DNA of 64,000 nucleotides from Felis catus (lineage: Eukaryota): contig NC_058368.1 in assembly GCF_018350175.1 (NCBI RefSeq), positions 157,544,001 to 157,608,000 of the forward strand, read 5' to 3'. Shown in pieces: positions 62,766 to 64,000 of this stretch. Below the pieces are notes generated by a model, which saw nothing but the letters and a program-made list of their open reading frames with translations, did not search any database and had not been told where the DNA came from. Within the stretch, counting starts at the first letter, position 1. Every line of letters begins with the position of its first letter. The translations under genes and the position numbers were made by a program.

Positions 62766-64000
62766 ACATTGGACTATAGTTGAACTCCTTACACATTTTT
62801 TTAAATCTGTATTTACCCTCATTCATCAACATTAGCTCAGTGCCTGACTCATGGTATTCTGTAAGTATTTGCTTAATGGCTGATTTTTTTTATTGTATGA
62901 TGAATAATAAAGGACATGGATATTGAAAACAGTTGCACTTTACATATATATGTAGCTCAAAATCTCAGAATGCTTTGGAACTAAAGAAGCAAATTGAATA
63001 ATATTTTTCCGCACAGTGATTCAACAGGTTCTCTAACAGTCACACTACTGGTTCAGTGGGTTTCCCACTAAATCCAGGATTCATTTTTAATGCATAGTCA
63101 AATATAAGGTTCTACATACTAATTTTTGACTCATGTATTTATCAGGGGCAATTGTACCCATATGCCTGATATGTTTATTGCTAAACAAGATGTCTTCTTC
63201 CAGAGCTTGAATGCTTTAGTTCTAGAAGGACTTTCCCTCCTACTGCTCTTCTAGCCCTCCCCTCTCTGACAGTATCTCAGGGTATCAAGAGAAAAGTTTG
63301 AGAAAAACAGCATTTGTGAAATCGTACCTTCTAAGACCCAATTACGTATTGATGATGATGTGGAGATAATCACAGGGCTCAGATGTAAGCTCATTTATTT
63401 CTTCAGCTTTGGCTCTTTGTCTGCCTGAGTTTGAGTAGTTAGGCATGATAACAGTGCCAACAGCAGGTGAACATGGTTTGAGGAGAGAAGAGAAAGATCA
63501 GGAACAAAGACCTGAAGCTGAAATCTCTCAGAATGCGTATACTCACCGCTGGCCCTGATCCCCACAGAAGCCTTGCAGTGCTTATTTCTACTTATAGGGA
63601 TTCTGACTGTCATGCCTTGTCTCCTTTGGATGGCCCCTCTTATACAAAGTCTTGTTTGGTTTTCCCCATCTGCATTCAGTAAGATCTGGCCAGGAACCTC
63701 TATTTTGTAGTTATTTCTGTGAATCCTCTATCTCTTCTGCCAGACTGTTAGCATCCTGATGGCAAGGTAACTGGACTGAATAAGGACTCCATAAAAGTGT
63801 GAATGAGCTGTTGGCAGAGAGCCCTGTTTTCCTGCTGTGAATGGAAGGACTGGGACGAACATGCTAAAATGTACTAAGAGGTTTTGAGAGAGTATTTGTT
63901 AGAGGGAGGAGTTGGGAGGGGGAGGGAGGGTAAGAATTTTAAAGATAAGGGAGTAGAAAGTTTCTGGAAATTGGTGGTATACCCATAGAGTGGAATACTA

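Noticed and set aside
63535..63620. Minus-strand GCG|GTGAGT donor
   Set aside because: No supporting acceptor, promoter or coding signal.
1..64000. CRISPR array, operon or other novel multi-gene system
   Set aside because: Mammalian intronic and intergenic DNA; no regularly spaced repeat-spacer array and no second gene detected.

Overview
Felid (cat-family) genomic DNA: it carries SINEC_Fc-type Can-SINEs and felid L1 3' ends. The window holds the 5' end of the RNA polymerase II elongation factor gene ELL2 on the minus strand. Coding exon 1 is at 27269-27415 inside a CpG-island promoter, intron 1 is 17.6 kb, and the 48-nt exon 2 is at 9638-9685; intron 2 runs off the left edge. The ~36 kb upstream is intergenic and rich in repeats. 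Across the window there are about 29 Can-SINEs plus L1, L2, MIR, hAT DNA transposons and solo LTRs. I found no other protein-coding gene and no new multi-gene system; nearly all tracked ORFs are repeat-derived or chance. The best leads are: (i) a 33-codon Ala-rich uORF whose stop lies 1 nt before the ELL2 AUG; (ii) a SINE-tail-derived (GAA)18 tract on the sense strand of intron 1, arranged like the FXN repeat; (iii) a Can-SINE with an apparent 3' transduction ending in a Pol III terminator; (iv) a tailless young SINE; (v) two L1 stubs truncated at the same point; (vi) a multi-level nested insertion. Repeat family names come from recalled consensus sequences and need RepeatMasker/Dfam confirmation.
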